Below, piece after piece: positions 37,240-49,879 of a DNA stretch of 64,000 bases. The position numbers and the translations under genes were made by a program. Positions within the stretch are counted from its first letter, which is position 1; every line of letters starts with the position of its first letter. The notes under the pieces are model-generated. The model saw nothing but the letters and a program-made list of their open reading frames with translations, ran no database searches and had not been told where the DNA came from. Origin of the DNA: Octopus bimaculoides (Eukaryota); the NCBI RefSeq assembly GCF_001194135.2, contig NC_068982.1, positions 59,676,998 to 59,740,997 on the forward strand, written 5' to 3'.

Positions 37240-38300
37240 CCAAAACTGGTGAGATTGATGCCAATAATGTTCTGTTTCAACAGTTGCAGGCTTGAACTCT
37301 TGGTAATTACAAGAAAAATATGTTCCAGAGAGAGAGAGAGGATTCTTGAGAAATGACAGTCTGGGTGGAAGGACTGAGTATAGTGTTTAGTACACTATCT
37401 GGAGTGGTGGACATGATATAATGGATGAGAAGAGAAAAGGTGAGCTGGGAGTGCCTGAGTAGAAACTAGCCTTTTGCCAGAAATGGCAACTGTGGTGGAA
37501 GTTAAATCACGACCAAGTAAGACTGCTTCCCAAAGTCAGTAAGTCCATGTAAATATTCCAAAAGTACAAGAAGTTCCTGTGTATGAATTTGCTTTGAGTG
37601 GATATAGTATCGTATAGTACTGAATCCACTTTTCAGTGCAATTGGCTATAAAATCAGTGGTGGCTCAACAGAGGTTGAAATGACCAACAACCAACTGCGC
37701 TTCAGGTTTTTTCACATGAGTATACTTTCCCCTCAAAGGAAGTTATAACGAGAGCTAGGAGTCTTTCATTCCAAGCAGTTTGCATGCTTGTTAACCCATT
37801 ACTGAGACCCTAGCAAGTGCTACTACTCCAGGTCAGAATAGACCCGAGAACAATAATGGCTAAGAGGTGGTTTCTCATTTATCAAAACCCTAGAAGTTCC
37901 ATACCAGGGCCCCAGTACCAAAGCAGTTTAAAGTCATACCTAGGACACATAAGTGGCAACTGTAGCAGTGGTAAAAAACAGAGGGAGAAAGAAAAAGAGG
38001 ATGACAGCACATTTACAGGGCAGGGTTTAGAGCAAGTTGGGGAATAACTTCAAGGCAATCCAATGAGTGGCCTTTCTTTGGATAAAGTCTTGAATGTTTT
38101 GATGTTGAGTAATAAAACTGTTCCAAGTGTGGAAGCAGTTCTCCATTGTATGTCTTACTTGCACTTTGTGCAGGGTTTTAAGCTAAGTGATTAGGTCAAG
38201 GTGAAATAATGTTTATACTGAAGGAAAAGTTCATCTCTGAGATGCAGTTTTTGCTTGGAAGACTTAGTTTACTATTCTTCAACAGCTACAGTACAATTGA
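37240..38300 (-). mobile_element. Decayed CR1/Jockey-like LINE 3' end, interrupted by a short repeat at ~37760-37960
   Basis: Minus: LKTLHKVQVRHTMENCFHTW..IQRKATHWI and HYTQSF..SLWN resemble the LYKAQVRP.MEYC..W and HY.QSF.PRT..LWN motifs. Confidence 0.5.
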
Positions 38301-39002
38301 TGGCCTTTCATATAGTGTCTCATTAATCTCACCTATAAGGCCCAACTTGATCCAAAGGCTATGGTAGTTAGAAGCCAATTACCCAGGGTGTGAAACCATG
38401 GAACTGAACTCAGAACCATCTAATTGCAAAGCAAACTTCCTAAGTATGCACCTAAAACTACTGTGTTGCTACTTTTGATTTATTTATACATAATTTTCTT
38501 CTAATTTAAATGTCTTAGTCCTTTCCTTGTTAATTTTAATGGGTCTTATTCACAATTATTTATCCAAATAATTGTTTCTCTTTTTACTTTGTTTCTTTGT
38601 TTTTATCTGTACATATCTAATTATATCAATTAATATAAACATTATTTCAACTTCCATTAAAATTGGTTTCCATATTTATGTAAACATTATTTCATATTAT
38701 TCCAATTACATTATCAACGAACCTACATTGTTATGACATATTATATAATTACCACAACAAGTCAGATGAAATTAAATATTTACTGAAAATAAATGTGAAT
38801 AATAATATTTATATTTACAAGAAGTACAAAATAATTAAAATAAATCACAAAATCGCTTAAACAAATGACTACACCTGCTTCACTAGTCTGTGGACTACAT
38901 ATGCTTTTGTGTGTGTATGAGTGTACATTGTGTATATATATATATATAAATTTATAGATATATATATATATAGTTGTTGACTCAAGCATCTGTTACTTAA
39001 TG

Positions 39003-39075
39003 ATTCGTGGATATGAAAATACATGTCTCTCAGATGTCTGCCATCTGAGAGACATGTATTTTCATGTCTTTGAAT
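39003..39075. ncRNA. Perfect 24-bp hairpin with imperfect basal stem (pri-miRNA-like candidate)
   Basis: ATGAAAATACATGTCTCTCAGATG-TCTGC-CATCTGAGAGACATGTATTTTCAT, extended by attcgtggat/gtctttgaat. The structure is certain; function is unproven. Confidence 0.35.
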
Positions 39076-40059
39076 TTCCAAGTAATTAAGTCAACAACTG
39101 TTCAGCCTCTTGCACACGTGCACACACACATGCAGTTTTTTTTATAACATTTACATATATAAAATATTGTAAGTAAATTAAAACTACAAACAGTATTTAT
39201 AAATAAAAATATACTTGCTTGTAAACACTTTACCAGGAAATACGTTGACTTTTTAAAAATTTGAACAGAAAAATTACAGTGAACAATTCTTTACAAATAT
39301 ACATACATACATACATACATGTATATATATATATAAGATTTTAATCTAATTTTGTCACCACCCATCATTTTCTTCTGCTTGCTCAAAATCCACCAACTTT
39401 TTAACTTTTAAGATTCATCTATTTCTCTTGGCTACTATAATCCAATTTTTTTCCCAAATAGTGATTTTGTTTGGATATTATCAACCATTCTTAACACTCA
39501 TCTTTCTTGCATGGACATTTACAATAAAATCTACTTGCTAATCTGGTTGTAATCCGCACTTCTTCATTTCTCTGTGAACCCTACTTTCACTCTCTCTCTC
39601 CCTCTCTTCATCCACTCTTCATCCACTCTTCCTCTCTTTCTTTCTTTTTTTCTCTCTCTGCTACACCAAACCACTAAATTCTCTTTTACAAACTCCCACC
39701 CTATATGAAGAATATCTATCTCACTTATCCTAGCTCCCAGTGCATTGTCCTAGTTTGACTTTATTCTTCTAAATTTTCTCTTGATCAATGTAAAACAGGT
39801 TTATTGTCCACTGAGGTTGGCTTTTCATTTGATCCTTTCAAGGTCAATAATATAAGCATCAGCTGAGCACTGGGGTCAATGTAATCAGCCTAACCTTCCC
39901 TCGAACTTTCTTGCTTTGCACCAAAATTAGAAGCCAGTTTTGCTGTAAAGATTAATTTCTCATTCTGCATCATGGTCTGGTTTTAAAATGACATCTGGAG
40001 GTTATGCATACAGAGTGATTCACAAATTCCCAGCAGTCATAATTTAGCTGAAGTTGAAG

Positions 40060-40290
40060 GCATAGTGATTAAGGTATTTGGCTTGCAACCACAAGGTTGT
40101 GAGTTCGATTCCCAGTGGCACATATATAAAACGAGCTTCTTTCAGTTTTCACCTACCAAATTTACTCACAAGGCTTTGATCAACCTGGGGTTTTAGTAAA
40201 AGACACTTACTCAAGGTGCTATGCAGTGAGACTGAACCCAGAACCATAAGGTAGAGAAGCAAGCTTCTTACCACACAGCCATGCCTGCAT
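40060..40290. mobile_element. Head-to-head SINE family A-like fragments
   Basis: Plus-strand tRNA-like head (gagttcgattccc) followed by a minus-strand head (gagactgaacccagaacc..cttcttaccacacagcc). Confidence 0.6.
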
Positions 40291-41120
40291 TGAAAGAAAA
40301 ATGTAAAAATAGATAAGAGGAAGAGGGGAGAAGGAAAAGAAATAAAGATATAATAAACTGGAAATGTGAAAGGGTGTACAAAATACAGTAGTCAAATTCT
40401 TGAGAAAGAGACCAGAGAAGACAAAACAGTTTAATAGATTTTAGTCTCTTAGTGAGACCTTTTAAACAATACTTAATTACTAGGTAACCTTTGACAAAAT
40501 ACTTGTTAGGCAGGAGAACTCCAAATATGCATAGGATAGGAAAGGATATTTATAGAACTTCTAAAAGCGATCGAAGATTGTCATCACCATCAACTACTCC
40601 TTCTCCTCCTACAACTACTACTTCTCTTTCTCCTCCATCATATATACACTGTTATTTACAATTAAATCTCTTTTTCTCTGTGCATATATACACACACGCA
40701 CATACACATATACAGACATATACACACATATAAAATTGTAATCTATTCAGCCTGTAGGTAAGATAAATTTGTTTTGGTGATAACATGTAGAAATTGGCTT
40801 ACTTCTCAAAATCAACAAATTAATGAGACAAAATGAAGAATTTTATCACTGGTGCTGAAGTAGCGTTATCCAGTTCTTCCAGAGAATGGCTTGGCAAATA
40901 CTACTAAGGAAATTAATATTTTGCATTAGTTTCTGCACATTTTGAGAGAGGAAGGTAATATTTCTTTTATCCAAGTACCTTAAGAAACATGTGGGCTATG
41001 TATATCTACTCATGGCATGTGCCACTAAACCTAAGTAACATTGTTTATTTGTGATATAATGGTTAATCCTTGCTAAATTCATTAATGATAAAGAGAATGA
41101 CAGCATAACTTATTAATATA

Positions 41121-41283
41121 CTCCTGGAGTGGTTGGCGTTAAGAAGGGCATCCAGCTGTAGAAACTCTGCAAAATCAGATTGGAGACTGGTGTAGCCATC
41201 TGGTTCATCAGTCCTCAGTCAAATCGTCTAACCCATGCCAGCATGGAAAGCGGACATTAAATGACGATAATGATGATGATGAC
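41121..41283 (+). mobile_element. Family B repeat
   Basis: ggagtggttggcgttaagaagggcatccagctgtagaaac..(gat)n. Confidence 0.85.
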
Positions 41284-42366
41284 CAGTCTTCCATTTAGCT
41301 TCCTATAAGAGCAACAGTTACCAGTGTATGCTATCTAAAAAAATAATAAAAAATTGACTTCCTTGTTACTGGTAATAAATGCATTTCTTTGAGCTGAAAT
41401 TTTTGACCATTTTCTTTCTTAAGTCTATTTAATGAAAGACCATTTATACAAGCGAAAATTAACAGGCCTTTTTCTTCAAAGGTAAGGTCGCTGAGGTTAA
41501 ATTTCCTCCAGCGAGATATCATCCCAGTAGCTGATGAATGTAAGTCACAGCTGCATCAGATAGTTTGTCACTAAACTCTGCAATCAAAAAGACAGCTCTA
41601 ATCTCAAAAATATTAATGAGGGTAAAATTCTTGCCAAACTTTAATATATTAAAAAGCAAAAACTCAGAAATGGAGGAGTGGTAAAATTTTACAGTATATT
41701 TGCCATTATATATATCATTTATTAATGATATTTACTTATTGGACTGTGGCCATGCTGGGGCCTCAAGCTTGACTAATTTTTATAATAATTGTATCTAAGA
41801 TATATTCACACCTAGTTTGCTCTCTGCTGGAGTTAAAGAGCATACATTTGTGGGTCAGCTAGAAAGTTACCCCTGTGGTCTTTAAATTTGAGATTGGTTT
41901 TGTAGAATATTAATGAGTTTCATTGATTACAAATTTTACGTTTAATTAATCTTTATCAGTTGTATATTTGTTTTACTGTATGTTTTTTTGTAATGAAAGT
42001 AGCTTTTTAAAAATTTTAATTCTTTAATTCTTTGAGTAAACAAATGCAATTATGAGAAAAGAATGAAGTTAGGAAGCCAAAGTAAATTCATATATTCAGG
42101 TATAAACCTAAAAGTAGATGCATATTGAACACAGATTCTTTTAGATTTGAAACATCAACTCTCACAACAAATTCAGACACTAAAAGGTGAAGGCACCATT
42201 AATTTGAAAATATTGAAGTCAGCGACAAAATTTGCAAAAATTATGAAGGAAATGAATTCTGCTCCTTAAAGACCTGTGAAAAATTTTACCTTTACATTTC
42301 TGTCAACTTGTTGAATTTAAGAAATAAAAGATAAACTGATTATGAAATACTGTTACCAAAGAAGTC

Positions 42367-42401
<35 letters not shown>

Positions 42402-42500
42402 GACAAATAAGCTGACAGACAAATTGATAGATAGATTAAAGAGGATCAATTAAGATTAGAGTATATCAAAATGAAGCGCATTGATATTTGCTCTTATGCA

Positions 42501-42639
42501 ACATGGTGCAGCATGATGATTTGAGAGATTTCTATTGTGTCTTGCAATATCATATTAATGTTGTATGTTATAACATAGCTGCCTGTACAATGTTACAATG
42601 CACTAAAATCTCTTAATGAAACAATTGTCATGACAATGT
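42501..42639 (+). ncRNA. Decayed type I hammerhead ribozyme (core lesion)
   Basis: CAT GATGA T TTGAGAGATTT [74 nt] AAATCTCTTAA T GAAAC AATT GTC ATG; core lacks C3-U4. Confidence 0.55.
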
Positions 42640-42949
42640 ATAAGCTCTTCATTTGTATCTATTGTTATGTGTGTGTGTGTGTGTATGCACACTCATAAAT
42701 ACATACATATTTAGAGACTATATATTTAATATGTGTGTTTGTATATGTGTTTGTATATGTGTACATGCTTACACATATACACACAGACACAAAAACTATC
42801 AAAAACAAAATAAAACAGATCTGCCATCTTTAAAACTGTGACAAAACATCAATATATTTTATTGAAATGTTATCCCTAATTTCCAGAAAACATTGTGAGG
42901 AAATTCTCCGATCACATCATGTTTTTAGTATAAATAGTGAGAAGTTAGA

Positions 42950-43505
42950 GGAAAACAAGAGATAGACGAAGAAAAAGAATGTAAAGGAAATATATAGGAG
43001 TGATGAAGACAAGGAATAAATAAAAAAAATTAGAGAAGAAATTGCTTTAAGAGAGAGTAAAAAGAGAAAAATTGAGAGAGATTGAAGAAAAAAAAGGGAG
43101 TGAAAGAAGTTGTGAAGAAGTCGCAGAAGAGAGACTGAGATTAGAGGAGAAAGAAAGGAAGATCAAAGTAGTGAGAAAGAGAGAATAAGATCAAATTTGA
43201 AAGAGGGTCAGATCAAAGTAGGAAAAGCGAGAGATATAGATAGAAGGAATATGGTGAAAGAAGTTAGAGAAAGAAAAACTAGAGAAGGATATAGTTAGAA
43301 AGATAGAGAAAAAATCTGAGGTTGTGAAAGATGAGATAGAGTGAGAAAAGAAGGACAGATAAAGAAAATCAGATCAAATTAGAGAGAAATATAGAAATTG
43401 ATAGTGAGATATATACAAATGTAGATATTGATAGTGAGATATATGCATACATAGAAATAGATAGTGAGGTATATACACGCATATAGAAACAGATAGTGAG
43501 ATATG

Positions 43506-43544
<39 letters not shown>

Positions 43545-43560
43545 GGAGAGAGACAAAATA
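42950..43560. repeat. Purine-rich low-complexity tract with ~30-bp minisatellite
   Basis: GA-rich run, then gatagtgagatatat.. repeated 4 times at 43400-43510. Confidence 0.7.
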
Positions 43561-43924
43561 TATTAGGAAAAAGAGGAAAAATGAGAGGAGGCACTTGTAA
43601 TTCAAAATCAATTCGTTGAATTGGTTTCTCAAAAGAAAACATTTAGTGAAGAACATTAGATTTTTTTTTTTTTTTTCAACATTAGCAAAGCAATGTATAA
43701 TTTCGTTGAATCGGAAGGAGTTTTCATTTATCAATAGCAAGAATCAAATTATATCCCCAACTTTGAGAAATTCATTGAACATAAGGAGCAAACATGTAAT
43801 TTAGCTTTGAAGATATTTTATCTGACAATGGAGCAAGCGTATTTCTACAAATCACTGGCAGACTGGCTGAACAGAACTTTTACGACAACTTGCTCAATTT
43901 AATAACATGGCGTCAAACACACAC

Positions 43925-43942
43925 TGATGTTGTTGTTGATGT

Positions 43943-43979
<37 letters not shown>

Positions 43980-44150
43980 TCCCACCACCCCACCTTTTTT
44001 CTTCATCATCGTCATCATCATTGGCATTGTCATCATCATCATCTTTATCGTTGTCACTATCATCATCATCATCAACTTCTTCTTTGTCAGCTTCTTCATC
44101 TTCTCCTCTTCATACACTGTTACTTACAATGGTCCCTCTCTCACTATACT

Positions 44151-44185
<35 letters not shown>

Positions 44186-44215
44186 ATCTCTCTCTCTCTC
44201 TCTCTGTATATATTT

Positions 44216-44247
<32 letters not shown>

Positions 44248-44372
44248 TGCATGAATGTGTATATGTGCATAGAGGTATCTATGTATGTATCTATCTTTCT
44301 TTATAGATATGTTCCATGAATATATATATATATATGTACATAGAGGTATCTATCTATATATCTATCTATCTA

Positions 44373-44420
<48 letters not shown>

Positions 44421-44440
44421 AGAAAGAACAATGATAATTA
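43925..44440. repeat. Compound microsatellite (GTT/GCT/CAT/CTGT/CT/TA/TG)
   Basis: Directly visible tandem runs. Confidence 0.9.
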
Positions 44441-45169
44441 AATGACTTATAGAAGAAGGACCCAGCTGAAGAATTATACCAGATCAATAGGTTTGGGTTG
44501 GAGAATGAGATATCACATACATGTATATATATGTATGTGTGNNNNNNNNNNNNNNNNNNNNNNNNNNNNNNNNNNNNNNNNNNNNNNNNNNNNNNNNNNN
44601 NNNNNNNNNNNNNNNNNNNNNNNNNNNNNNNNNNNNNNNNNNNNNNNNNNNNNNNNNNNNNNNNNNNNNNNNNNNNNNNNNNNNNNNNNNNNNNNNNNNN
44701 NNNNNNNNNNNNNNNNNNNNNNNNNNNNNNNNNNNNNNNNNNNNNNNNNNNNNNNNNNNNNNNNNNNNNNNNNNNNNNNNNNNNNNNNNNNNNNNNNNNN
44801 NNNNNNNNNNNNNNNNNNNNNNNNNNNNNNNNNNNNNNNNNNNNNNNNNNNNNNNNNNNNNNNNNNNNNNNNNNNNNNNNNNNNATATATATACACACAC
44901 ACACACATGCATACATACACATGCAAGTATACATTTATATATATGTATGTATATGCATATGTTGTGTGTGTATAAACACCCATGCCAATATGAAAATACC
45001 CTTCCTCTTTTGAACACCATACATAGCTGGCTAGCATCATGTCCAGCAGTGGTAGCAACAGCACTGCCAGAAATGGGTCAGGCAGAGATAACAGCATCAC
45101 CAGTAACAGCAACAACAATAACTGTAACACAAACCAGCACAAGGGCATAAATACAGAAATTTGTTATAT

Positions 45170-45310
45170 CTACAGGTGGCCCATTCAAACTTCGTCTTAG
45201 CAATCAGAGGTCCTCCTTAAATATACCAGAGAGAACAGCATCATGCACCTGACCAGCTACATATGTCATTTAAAATTGGATGGTACACCATACATAATTA
45301 AATGGTGACT
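45170..45310 (+). mobile_element. Penelope-like GIY-YIG endonuclease fragment
   Basis: TGGPFKLRLSNQRSS..YICHLKLDGTPYIIKW resembles the FK.RY.NH.SSF..IW.LK..G..Y.I.W motif of PLEs. Confidence 0.55.
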
Positions 45311-45832
45311 CCTAGAGCAACTGGGGTAGTACCTCAATTGGAACAAATGATGTAAGGTTTGCTTGGCCCAAAGAGAAAAAATCTTGACAAACACAATTGA
45401 CCAGGGACCTTTTTAAACTCCAAAAAAGAAGTTTTAGTCAGTTCCCTCATCAGAGGAAATTCGTGTTGGAAATGTAGAGTTCCCCATTTGCTGACTGAGT
45501 AAATGGTGCCCCCTTCAGAAATCTTCAGCAAGAGTGTCATAGACATAACTGGAACTGGTGTAAGGGAATAACTCTACCCCACCCAAGTTTGCCAGTAGAG
45601 AGATTCATTCTAAAAATTTTTTTGCTTAGAAACTTAACTGACCATGACGTTTTCCTCCCTCCAGTTTTAGAGAGATTATGTGCCTCCAGCCATTTGAGTC
45701 TGACGAGTCACCTATACAGATAAGCACTTTATAGGTACATAACAAACAACCTTCTAAGTATATATACATACATATATATATATATATGGTAAATGAAAGA
45801 CAGAAGATGGAATATACGAGAATTTTTATTAT

Positions 45833-45942
45833 TAACCATGACAATTGTTTCGACAAATCTAGCATTGATCCTTCATGGGTGGGACACTTAACAACTGGTT
45901 CAGGAGCATCCAGCAGGGCAGATGTGTCTCATCAGATGATAA
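45833..45942 (-). ncRNA. Canonical type I hammerhead ribozyme
   Basis: Minus: TTATCAT CTGATGA GACACATCTG [57 nt] TAGATTTGTC GAAAC AATT GTC ATGGTTA. All core nucleotides present, G10.1-C11.1 pair, GUC triplet; predicted cut between 45840 and 45839. Confidence 0.85.
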
Positions 45943-46163
45943 ATAGATACAACACATTAAAATAACAGTTCTGCAATTTATCTTCTCATTTCATAGAAAG
46001 AAAAGCAGCAAAACAAAGGATATATCTTCATTTATATAGAAGATCAAAAATAAAATCACAGATGCAAAAAAGAAACAGACATGCAATGCAGCAAGAAAAT
46101 GTATTAAAAATAACTGTTAATAAATATGGATGTATAAACACCCCCATGCAAACTGCATGGCAC

Positions 46164-46197
<34 letters not shown>

Positions 46198-46198
<1 letters not shown>

Positions 46199-46436
46199 CA
46201 CCCCTTCTTCTTAACTCTCCTGCGTGACCCCTCTGTCCAGCATTCGCCATGATAGATTGCTAACCAATACACACATTTTTTTTCTCTCCTTGTTTCTTTC
46301 TGTGTTCCTTTCTGTGGAAGAGCGTAGGCTCGAAACTTTAAAGACTTTTTCAATTCCTGAGTGTTATATTAATACATCTATTTGTTTTCTACACCACCTG
46401 TCTGTGTCTGTTGTTTTTTTTTGTGAATTCTCCCTG
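46198..46436 (+). mobile_element. Short Penelope-derived repeat between (TA)n runs with HHR-like relic
   Basis: CTGTGGA A GAGC GTAG GCTC GAAAC TTTAAA GAC at 46312-46345; flanked by microsatellites. Confidence 0.45.
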
Positions 46437-46531
<95 letters not shown>

Positions 46532-46824
46532 GCACACATATGTATATAATATATCAGAATTCAAGTGAATCAGGCACTTAAATAGTAAGGCACTAGGTCG
46601 GGATAAAAAGTGGAATGTGTACACAACAAAAATAGTGAAATACATATGTGGGTACCAAAGTACAGGCAGAAAGATAATCAGGTTATGTCTATGATTAACT
46701 GTACCCGACTGAGTATATCAATAGCCCTGAGGTCAATCAAGAAACACACATTGTACTAAATGTATGGCCCAGGATATATTTTGGATCTATGCAAGGAACA
46801 GGTTCCAAGAAAGGTGAAGAATAA

Positions 46825-47131
46825 ATGAATAAATAACAGATGGATAATGTGTCAATTCACTCCAAATTTTTAATTAATTGATTAATGGAAATGTTACATC
46901 ATTAGTAAAAAACGTTTTCATCAGTTGAATACATGAACCACAACAATCAAAAGCATTCAAAAACCAATGAGATGTGCATCTTCATGATTCTATGATCCTT
47001 GCTGGTTCATGTATTCACCTGATGAAAATGGTTTTTTCTAATGATGTAAAGTCTCCATTAATCAATTAATTAAAAATTCATTGGAAACAACTATAGTGAA
47101 TTGACGCATTATCCATCTGTTGTTTATTCAT
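46825..47131. mobile_element. Palindromic element built from two inverted HHR-bearing arms
   Basis: 46825-46940 is the reverse complement of 47003-47131; right arm reads ATTCAC CTGATGA..GAAAC AACT ATA GTGAAT; left arm lacks the GAAAC..triplet segment. Confidence 0.8.
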
Positions 47132-47149
47132 ATATATATATATTCTTTT

Positions 47150-47490
47150 ATTCTTTTATTTGCTTGAGTGATTTGACTGCGGCCATGGTGGAGCATTGCC
47201 TTTAGTTGAACAAATCGATCCCAGGATTCATTCTTTTGCAAGCTCACCATTTATTCTTTCAGTCTCCTCCGCCAAACCACCAAGTTACAGGGACATAAAC
47301 ACACCAACATCGGTTGTCAAGGTGGGGGACAAACACAGACACACAAACACACATAAGTGCACACACACACACACATAAGTGCACACACACACACACACAT
47401 ATATATGACAGGCTTCTTTCAGTTTCCATCTACCAAATCCACTCACAAAGCTTTGGTCATCAAGGCTATAGTAGAAGACACTTGCCCAGG
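47150..47490 (-). mobile_element. SINE family A copy
   Basis: atttgactgcggccatgg..caggcttctttcagtttccatctaccaaatccactcacaaagc. Confidence 0.85.
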
Positions 47491-47749
47491 GTGCCCCACA
47501 ATGTATAAATATCACTACCTTCCTCTATCTGCAAGCCTTTCTCCTTCTTCTTCACCCTCTCTCTCAATATATTATATATTTATATATCCATATTAAATAT
47601 CTATCTAACTATTCCTTATCTTTAACTTTTACTGCTTTCAGTCATTGGACAGTGACCACGATGGGATACTGTACGTGTGTGTGTGTTTGTGTGTATTCAT
47701 GTGTGTATATACACATAAATACATTCAAACATATGTATATTAACAGAGA

Positions 47750-48109
47750 GACAGAGAGAGAGAGAGAGAGGAAGGGAGGAAGAGAGAGAGAGAGAGAGAG
47801 GAAGGGAGGAAGAGAGAGAGAGAGAGAGAGGAAGGGNNNNNNNNNNGAGAGAGAGAGGAAGGGAGGAAGAGAGAGAGAGAGAGGAAGGGAGGAAGAGAGA
47901 GAGAGAGAGGAAGGGAGGAAGAGAGAGAGAGATGTCTTTCATATGTGAAAGACAGGAAGAACTAGACAGAGAGAGAGGGAAGGGTTTTATGTGTGAAAGT
48001 TAGAGAGAGAAGTGGAAGAGAGAGTGAGAGTTTATGTAAGAAAAAAAAGAGTATGAAAAATTAGTTTATATTTAATAAGAACAAGGAAAGCCAAAGAAAG
48101 AGTGTGGAA

Positions 48110-48144
<35 letters not shown>

Positions 48145-48621
48145 GTTTATATATGTGAACAACAGGGAGAGAAAAAGAAGAAAAGAAGCGATGAGTGTGG
48201 GGAGAGCAACAAATCAGTGAACAGTCCTTACTTCGGAAAGCATATAGGCCACCTGAGGCTTAATGAGTTTGGAAAGAAAGCAGGAGGAAGAAAAGAAAAA
48301 AAAAGAAAACAGATAGAAAATGGGAGTAGCGTTAGGTGTTAATTAAGTGACCAATAATGCTACCAAGAAACAAAAGCAGCAAAGAAGAACGTTAAATTAT
48401 GATGATAATAATAATAATGATGATGATGATGATAAATTGCATAGAAAATAATGAAGAAAATGTCTAGGATAAATAAGAGAAACAAAGACAGTATAGAAGA
48501 AAAACGGTATCACCATCATCATCATCATCATTATCATCATCATCATCATCATCATCATCATCGTCATCACCATTGTACCCATCATCATCATAATCATCAT
48601 CATCGTTATCACCATTGTACC

Positions 48622-48667
<46 letters not shown>

Positions 48668-48900
48668 GTCGTCGTCATCATCATCATCATCGTCATCATC
48701 ATATCGTGACCAACATTGTCATCAGCAGCAACATCTTCATCAGCATCATCGTAAGAGTATTTAATGGAATTAATAAAGAGGAAGAAGGAGGATGAAGGAT
48801 GAAGAAGAGAGATCAAGAAGAAGAAGAAGAAAGGCGATCAAGAAGAAGAGAGATCAAGAAAAAGAAAAAAAGGAGGACGAAGTGGAGAGAATATAATAAT
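47750..48900. repeat. GA minisatellite, then (GAT)/(CAT) and (GAA) cryptic repeats
   Basis: (gagagag..gaagggaggaa)n at 47752-47930; (cat)n array at 48510-48750. Confidence 0.9.
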
Positions 48901-49618
48901 TAAAAATATAATTTCAAAAAAATTATTTTGAAAAAAAAGAAAAAAGTAAAAAATGCAAACCTAAATACACACATACAAAAAACAAACAAACAAGAAAACA
49001 AAAAAAAACAAACAAACATACTCAGAACCAGAATTTATAATAGAGGAAGAATACAGGAAGCTAACAATGTGAAGAAGTCAAGAGTTGAAAAAGAGAAAAG
49101 GTTAAGTGGTTTTGTAAATTGGAAAGGTTCTTGTTTTAGGTGGTTGAATCTGTGATCCTGAAAACCTCGCATGCCATCTCCCCTAGCTTTAACCCTCCAC
49201 CACTGCCACCACCACCACCAACAACAACAACAACTCCTCGCTCACTCTATGGTTCTACTAATTTGTTTTATTTTCTTTGTTATAATTTTTGTTTTGTTAC
49301 TTTGTTAATTATTTTGTATTATTATATTTTTATATTTTTATTTTATGTTTGATTTTTTTAGATTTCTTATTTTTATGTTTATATTTATTTCTACTTATTT
49401 ATTTTATTTTATTTTATTTATTTATTTATTCATTTTTGTTCAGGGAGTTCCATTCAGATAACCAATTAATTACAGTTTCGAAGTGAAGTTCATTAGCGAG
49501 AATTGGTAACCTTGGTAAAGAATCGGTTTGTTTGGAAACATTAGATCTGGAAAATATCTTTTTGAATGTGTATTCATAATATCTCTCTTCCTCTCTCTCT
49601 CTCTCTCTCTCTCTCTCG

Positions 49619-49661
<43 letters not shown>

Positions 49662-49879
49662 ACACACACATACACACACACACACATACACACACATATT
49701 CCAAATGTGTATATGTGATTGCATAAGTTTCAAGTGTGTGTGTGTGTGTTGTTATAAATAGGTCTAAGTGAAATATCATATCTGTCTATGTATTTATTGA
49801 GGTGAAGAGTAATTCACGGAAGGTAAAAATAGCCATCTACAATCATTAGATTATGAAAGACGTTCCAGCTATGGCCATC

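Noticed and set aside
41330-42290. Short splice-flanked frames on either strand (e.g. LFNERPFIQAKINRPFSSK, DLKHQLSQQIQTLK)
   Set aside because: Too short, mutually inconsistent in strand, and without homology support.
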